This document shows positions 58,557 to 64,000 of a stretch of DNA of 64,000 nt, one piece after another. Source of the stretch: Candidatus Bathyarchaeia archaeon (GTDB lineage: Archaea > Thermoproteota > Bathyarchaeia > Bathyarchaeales > Bathycorpusculaceae); NCBI GenBank assembly GCA_037481775.1, contig JBBFKZ010000002.1:1-64000 (forward strand), in the 5' to 3' direction. The translations under genes and the position numbers were made by a program. The notes beneath the pieces are model-generated. The model was not told the DNA's origin and ran no database searches. It was given only the letters and a program-made list of their open reading frames with translations. Numbering within the stretch: the stretch's first letter is position 1; every line of letters begins with the position of its first letter.

Positions 58557-58943
58557 TTGAAGGCTTCTAGTTGGCTTGGAATAGTCTTATTATATACAGC
58601 TTTGACTCTGCTTTGTGTTTACCTGGTTCCTAGTGCTTCGCCATTTTCAGTATTCACGTACGTGTTTGGTTTCATCTTTGTTGCTGTTGTTCCAGGCTAT
58701 TGTCTTGTCAGCGTTTTGTTTCAGGAAGGGAAATTGGATTTAGTTGAAAAAGCTGTTTTGTCAGTGGCCCTAAGTTTCAGTATAGTTGGAGTTTCTGGGC
58801 TATTCTTAGGCTTATCACCAATAGGGATAACGGTGCCTTCGATTATAGTTTCCCTTACTAGCATCGTTGTGATTTTGGCTTTTCTAGCCTTTCTTAGGAA
58901 AAGAAAGCTCCGAGCACAAAGTGCCGAGCCAGTAAATGCCTAA
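58557..58943 (+). CDS. Small membrane protein (DUF1616-like)
   Basis: VPGY...LF and E...LSVALS motifs; 4 TM. Confidence 0.7.
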   Translation: MKASSWLGIVLLYTALTLLCVYLVPSASPFSVFTYVFGFIFVAVVPGYCLVSVLFQEGKLDLVEKAVLSVALSFSIVGVSGLFLGLSPIGITVPSIIVSLTSIVVILAFLAFLRKRKLRAQSAEPVNA

Positions 58944-59002
58944 AGTTTGTTTGCCATTAAAGGCATAGCTGAACATTTATGTGTGTTGCTTAGGATCTGG
59001 CT

Positions 59003-60451
59003 TCATCTTTTTCCTAACAGTGTCCTTAATGTTTTTCGTGGGTTTCTCATGGCTCTTATTATCTTGTCACGAGTAAAGATGGGATTAACAAGATTGGCTT
59101 GCATGCATAGGTCGCGCAGTTCATCGGCTGAAAATTCCGGCGTCTCAATAAGCGGTTCCGCGCCAGCTAAGGCCTCATCGCTGAAGCATTCTCTTAAGAA
59201 GCCTTCTCTTTTTGCTTGCTCATAAAGTCTAGTTCCATAGACGGGTGTGGCTATGCTGAAGACGAAGCTTTCTGCGCCGAGTTGCCGAAGCTTGTAGGCG
59301 TAGTTTATGGTTTCCTGTATGTCCTTTTTCGTTTCGCCTATGAAGCCTATTACAAAGAAGCAGCCTACCTTAATTCCAACTTTTTTGCATAGGGCAACAG
59401 CTTGCTCTACGCTCTTAAGGTCAAGACCTTTTTTGATAATTTGGTCTGCGACACGTTGTACACCAGACTCTGGCGCGACTCGGATTTTCTTGCATCCAGC
59501 CTTTTTCATTTTGGTTAAGAGTTTTTCGTCTAGAGTGTCTGCTCTGACGCCGTTTGGGGTGAACCATTCAAACTTCAAGCCTTTTTTTATGATGAGGTCG
59601 CAGATGTTTTCCATCCTTTTTCTGTCAAGAGTCATGTTATCGTCGAGAAAGTCGATCTGCTTAACATTGTAGGTTTTGATGACGTGTTCTATTTCGGCAA
59701 TCACGTTTTCGGGGCTTCTGCCACGCCATTTTCTTCCCCAAACTATGTGGTGCGTGCAAAAGATGCATTCGTATGGGCAGCCGCGGCTGGTTATCAGCGC
59801 CGTCCAGGGCTTGTAGATTTCGCCTCTAAGCGGGTTTTCTTTAACGGCTTCATAATACGCTTTGATTGGGAGAAGATGTCTTGCTGGAAAAGGAAGCGCG
59901 TCCAGATTCTCCAGCAAAGGCCGCGGCGGCGTGATGACTGGTGCGCCATTTTTTTTGAACCCTATTCCTTTTATTTGTTCAAAATTTCCTGCTTCCATGT
60001 CCAGTGCGTTGATTAATTCGTATATGGTGTTTTCTGGTTCACCTATAACGATGAAATCAACATTGGGATTTGCGAGGCAGCCCTCAGGACGCGCGGAAGG
60101 ATGCTGTCCCTCCAGCACCGTGCTGATGTTACTGTTAATGCTTTTTGCGATGGCTGCGACTTCAAACGCGGTTTTGGACCAGCCTGAAAATGGAATCTCC
60201 ACTACAATCGCATCTGGCGCCCAGCGTTTGAGCCTATCTGCTATTTCTGCGTTGCTTAAGCCGACGCGGTATTTTGTTTCATCCATGTGCTGTAGGTTTC
60301 GCCAGCCTTCTGTGGGCGCATCTATTATGCACACTTCATGCTGCTTTTCCAGTATGGCTGCTATGTACGCTAAGCCTATGGGTTGAAAAACGCTTGGTTT
60401 ACCCCATGCTTTCGGCTGAATGCGCGGCGGATTAATCAGGCAAACACGCAT
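59003..60451 (-). CDS. Cobalamin-binding radical SAM protein
   Basis: LINPP, PIGLAYIAA, GQHPS, GEPE, TSRGCPYECIFC and APESG motifs. Confidence 0.92.
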   Translation of the reverse strand: MRVCLINPPRIQPKAWGKPSVFQPIGLAYIAAILEKQHEVCIIDAPTEGWRNLQHMDETKYRVGLSNAEIADRLKRWAPDAIVVEIPFSGWSKTAFEVAAIAKSINSNISTVLEGQHPSARPEGCLANPNVDFIVIGEPENTIYELINALDMEAGNFEQIKGIGFKKNGAPVITPPRPLLENLDALPFPARHLLPIKAYYEAVKENPLRGEIYKPWTALITSRGCPYECIFCTHHIVWGRKWRGRSPENVIAEIEHVIKTYNVKQIDFLDDNMTLDRKRMENICDLIIKKGLKFEWFTPNGVRADTLDEKLLTKMKKAGCKKIRVAPESGVQRVADQIIKKGLDLKSVEQAVALCKKVGIKVGCFFVIGFIGETKKDIQETINYAYKLRQLGAESFVFSIATPVYGTRLYEQAKREGFLRECFSDEALAGAEPLIETPEFSADELRDLCMQANLVNPIFTRDKIIRAMRNPRKTLRTLLGKR

Positions 60452-60617
60452 AATGTGTACCTGCGTTCTGCAGTTTATTTTTTGTTGAACGCTGATGGCT
60501 CATGAGAATTTGGCGTTGCGGAGAAAACGTGCTGGCCATGGTGCACTGCATCCCTTTTTTGATGGAATTATTTGAGAACGTGCGATTAATAGGTTTTGCA
60601 GCTACGCCAGCCTGGAG

Positions 60618-61604
60618 TTAGTAGGGAAAAAAGTACATTCTCGTGAGCAAAATTATGGGTAAGCTTAAGAGTAGGCATAACAGCAGCGCGCCGTTCCTGA
60701 GTTTCAGTGCTTTTAGTATCTTGTCCGGGGTAAGCGGTTCGATTTGATCGCCGAGAATGTATTGCCCTGGCTTTTCCAGTTGCACGCGTAAGGCTCCTGC
60801 CATGGCTGCCATTGGCCAGCCGTGGTTTCTGCTGGGCGTTTTGGCGTGGTCTCGGCGGGCGATTTTCCATGCGGTTTTGTAGTCTTCTCCGATTATGGCG
60901 GCGGCTATCACGATAAGTACTGCGGTTAAGCGTGCTGGAACATAGTTGACTACCGTGTCGAGGTTTGCGCTGAACCAGCCTGTGTGGATGTGTTCGCTGT
61001 CTTTGAAGCCGACCATGCCATCGAGGGTGTTGACTGCTTTGAAGGCGATTGCGCCTGAAACGCCAAAGAACGAGTATGCAAGTATCGGTGAGATTTTGAA
61101 GTCGATTAGGTTTTCCGCCATGGATTCAATAACTGCGGAGCTGATTTGCGAGCCTGTTAGGTTTGTGGAGTCTCGCCGTGAAAAGTGCGAGTATTTCTTG
61201 GCTTCATTTAAGTCGTTTGCCGCGATGGCTGCGGTTGCCGCTTTTGCCCAGTCGGTTTCAAGCTTTATGCAAATCGTTAGCTTCAAGAGTATAATGGCAA
61301 ATGCTGCGTAGATTATTACGCCGAAAAAGACGTAGGCGGCCCATAATCCGAGGAAAATAGGGAGCGTTGAAGCTGCAATCACAGTTAACGCTAGCAGAGC
61401 ACCCTTTAGTTTGGCTACTTTGGGTTTTGCATCCTTAAAATGCGGCTCCAGCTTCTTGATAAGTTTGCCCATAAGCACGGCTGGATGTAGTTTGAAAGTA
61501 GTTTTCTCCGGGTAATTTGGCGATGGATCACCGATCAACAAGTCTAATGTCATCGCCAATAGGAGGACGGAAACAGCTACTGCCACAGCGATCATGCAAA
61601 CCAC
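60618..61604 (-). CDS. cbiB: Adenosylcobinamide-phosphate synthase CbiB/CobD
   Basis: DLLIGDP, HP, ESMAEN..D, KAVNTLDGMVG, PARL, SRNHGWPMAAMAGAL and LEKPG.Y motifs. Confidence 0.92.
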   Translation of the reverse strand: MVCMIAVAVAVSVLLLAMTLDLLIGDPSPNYPEKTTFKLHPAVLMGKLIKKLEPHFKDAKPKVAKLKGALLALTVIAASTLPIFLGLWAAYVFFGVIIYAAFAIILLKLTICIKLETDWAKAATAAIAANDLNEAKKYSHFSRRDSTNLTGSQISSAVIESMAENLIDFKISPILAYSFFGVSGAIAFKAVNTLDGMVGFKDSEHIHTGWFSANLDTVVNYVPARLTAVLIVIAAAIIGEDYKTAWKIARRDHAKTPSRNHGWPMAAMAGALRVQLEKPGQYILGDQIEPLTPDKILKALKLRNGALLLCLLLSLPIILLTRMYFFPY

Positions 61605-61694
61605 GAATGCCAGGATGGCTAAACTTCTGAGGAGTGAACAATTTATCTGTATCGATTGTCACGTGATTTCCCTTTTTAATGGGGAAGCTCAAGA

Positions 61695-61755
61695 TGTTGC
61701 CGTGATAGACCCCTCTATAGGTTTCTGCAATGAATGGCTAATAGCCGCCAAATAT
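61695..61755 (-). repeat. Dispersed intergenic repeat, copy C
   Basis: + strand tgttgccgtgatagacccctctataggtttctgcaatgaatggctaatagccgccaaatat; 1 insertion and 1 substitution relative to copy A. Confidence 0.9.
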
Positions 61756-61851
61756 TCGTTTCCCGTTTAAATTTATGCCATGCCTTCCGTATTTCACAGA
61801 TTTATCTTATAATACCCGCAGCGGATATCTGAACTCTGATGCAATGCTTTT

Positions 61852-63974
61852 TCAAGTGCTGTTTTTGAGGAGTGTGATTACGTCTGGGAAGTCTATGCCG
61901 AGCGCTTTCGCCTTTTCTATTGTAGGCACTCCGTTGGGTGTCCAACCGCGACGCTTGTAAACTGCATCCTTCAACTTCTCATACTCCGCCTCGCGATGCC
62001 GCCTCAAAATGGCTATTTTCTCCTCTGTTGACTTGCCCGCGGGGTCGATGCCAAGCTTCTCCTTAAGCTGCTTATCATAGCGTTCTCTGCGGCTCTCATA
62101 CTCTTCCTTTGTGACTGGGCCGACGGCGCGGTATGGTATGGCGTCGTGTTCGCGTGTGCCATAGCCCATGCGCAGGTTGAAGATGCGCTGGAAATTGTAA
62201 ACCTTCTCGCTCATCAGTATCAAATCATCCACAGTAACTTTCTTGCCAGTAACCGCATAAAACAGCTTGGCATAATTCTCCACGTGCGCCATAACCTTTG
62301 CGGGCTCCTTCGTCTGCTTATTGTTTTCTGGCACAACATCGTTCCAGGGTAGCTTGCATAAGCCGTTAAGCCCGAACCATGTGCGCCACATGGGGAACCA
62401 ATGCAAGCTCTCGGCTTTCTGCTCGAACGTAGGCATCAAGTTATGCACCATGTCTAGGAATATCAGCCACGCCTCGTCATGCTGCGGGCCCTTCAATGTC
62501 AGCCCATAGCCGCCCTGCTGCGCCAGCGACTCCTTAGTAACATACTCTGAAAACTCTAAGCCCTTCGCCTCCATCCCAATGTCGTTCATAATAGCCGGGT
62601 CTGCACCGTATTTCTCGGCGAAAATCTTTTTCATCCGCCTTATGCCCTGCCCCACAACGGCGCCGAAGCCTTCGCCCCGCGCCATCTGATGCACCAGCTC
62701 CAGCGCCGCATCCTTGTTGCCGAACCGCAAATCCAATCCGCCTGTAGCTTCCTTGCCGATTAAGCCCATTTCGTAGCATTCCATGGCGAAAGCCGTAGCA
62801 GTGCCAACGCTTATGGTGTCCAATCCGTAGATGTCACAGTAAAAGTTCATCTCAATAACATGATCAACATCGAAGATGCCGCAGTTACTGCCAACCGCCG
62901 CTGCAGTCTATACTCTGGGCCAGTAACGAACACCTTTTGCCCCTTGTACGGGCCAGTTTTAAGCTCAAAGTCCTTGACGACATGTGCGCATGACAGAGCG
63001 CAGCCCATCCAGCAGCCGTCAAAACCCTTATGGAACTTGTTGCGGTAAACTTCACGTCCAAGCTTTTCAGCTTCAGGATGTGAACCATAACGGAAATTGT
63101 TCACGGGCAGCAAGTCGAAATTGTTCATTGCTGACACAAGCTGCGGCGACCCGATAATGGACATTTCATTCTGTTTCGGATCAAGCATTCTTATCTCCCT
63201 GTTATGGGCAGTTCCGACCTCCTTCACCAATGCCGCGTCAGCGGGACCGTTACTTTCAACTGTTATCCGCCCAGAATACTTGACAACAATGGCTTTTATC
63301 CGCTTGTTCCGCAGCACCGTGCCTATGCCGCCTCTGCCCGCCTGCTTCAGCCGGTGCACACGCCTAGCCGCGTCATACCATGAAACATTTAAGCAGCCGA
63401 TCAATGTGTGCTCCGCGCCTGGTCCAGAGGAAACCACAGATATGCTGATCGGATTTTCCTTACCATACTTCTCCGCCAATATGTCAGTAATCAAGTGCGC
63501 TTCCGAGGGCAACTCGTCAGCGGTTTCCACCTGAACCTTGCATTCATCCCCGTCAATGAATATGACCACTTCAGATTTTGGCTTGCCCTGCACTTCAAGC
63601 GCATCCCAACCGGCGAACTTCAAGTAAGGCCCAAAGTAGCCGCCGACGTTAGAGTCCACAACCATATTAGTTAACGGCGAAATGGAAACCGCAATGCTTT
63701 TGCCGCTGCCAGGATAAACCGGAATGCCGCCTAAGGGGCCTGAGGCAATGCAGATTTCGTTTTCCGGATCATCCCACCGCACAACGCGGTCTTTGGGCAA
63801 AGCGTTCCAGAGCAGCCACAAGTTGAAGCCGCGGCCACCCGTGAACGTTTCCTTCATCTTCTCAGAAACTGGTTTGCTGGCAATTTGCATGCTGGAGAGA
63901 TTCACGTAAAGCGTCCTGTTATTGTAGCCTCTCTCCACCTTTCCCGGTTCATACTTAAACTCTGCAAGTATCAA
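61852..63974 (-). pseudogene. aor: Aldehyde:ferredoxin oxidoreductase family gene split by a single-base frameshift
   Basis: The N-half (62847-63974) and C-half (61852-62850) join into GPEYETAAAVGSNCGIFD if one G is restored between 62910 and 62909 (GAG TAT [G]AG ACT). Confidence 0.85.
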
Positions 63975-64000
63975 AGCTTCAGCCCTTCAACAGCCTTTTA

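Noticed and set aside
61620-61690. Cobalamin riboswitch upstream of cbiB (minus strand AAAAGGGAAATCACGTGACAATC)
   Set aside because: Only the AGGGAA portion resembles the consensus. No B12 box or supporting paired regions are visible. An Infernal search would settle it.
8594-61755. Repeat copies as a CRISPR array
   Set aside because: The copies are isolated, 14-39 kb apart, with no spacer periodicity and no cas genes.

Overview
This is a 64-kb archaeal chromosomal segment, most consistent with Bathyarchaeia (TACK). That is an inference from TBP, aCPSF1 next to proteasome beta, archaeal DNA ligase, a Cren7-like gene, PQQ-propeller surface proteins, MtrH with a corrinoid protein, and several AORs. 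The first ~31 kb is mostly housekeeping and energy metabolism: nitroreductase, AlaDH, ligase, thioredoxin, MvhG/MvhA hydrogenase with protease, AOR, Lhr, signal peptidase, TBP, PyrE, MetRS, UDG, SepF, aCPSF1 and PsmB. From ~31 to ~62 kb lies a cobamide/radical-SAM-rich region between cbiZ and cbiB. It holds a divergent pair of paralogous Cys-rich TIM-barrel-like unknowns, three B12-binding radical SAM enzymes, two SPASM radical SAM enzymes, a HemN-like enzyme, a Dph6-like ATPase, a stand-alone RnfD/RnfC-FeS fusion, two GT-C-like membrane proteins and a corrinoid protein/MtrH pair. Features absent from the ORF track: a truncated PQQ-propeller gene at 3-2441; a box C/D sRNA whose D guide fits 16S C1402, next to a TrmB/integrase-like chimeric remnant; a ~55-70 bp dispersed intergenic repeat in three copies; a 55-aa Cren7-like gene; and a 46-aa Met-rich ORF. 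Several genes show decay (AOR frameshift, in-frame stops). No tRNA, rRNA or CRISPR array was seen. All calls come from motif recognition by eye; no database search was run.
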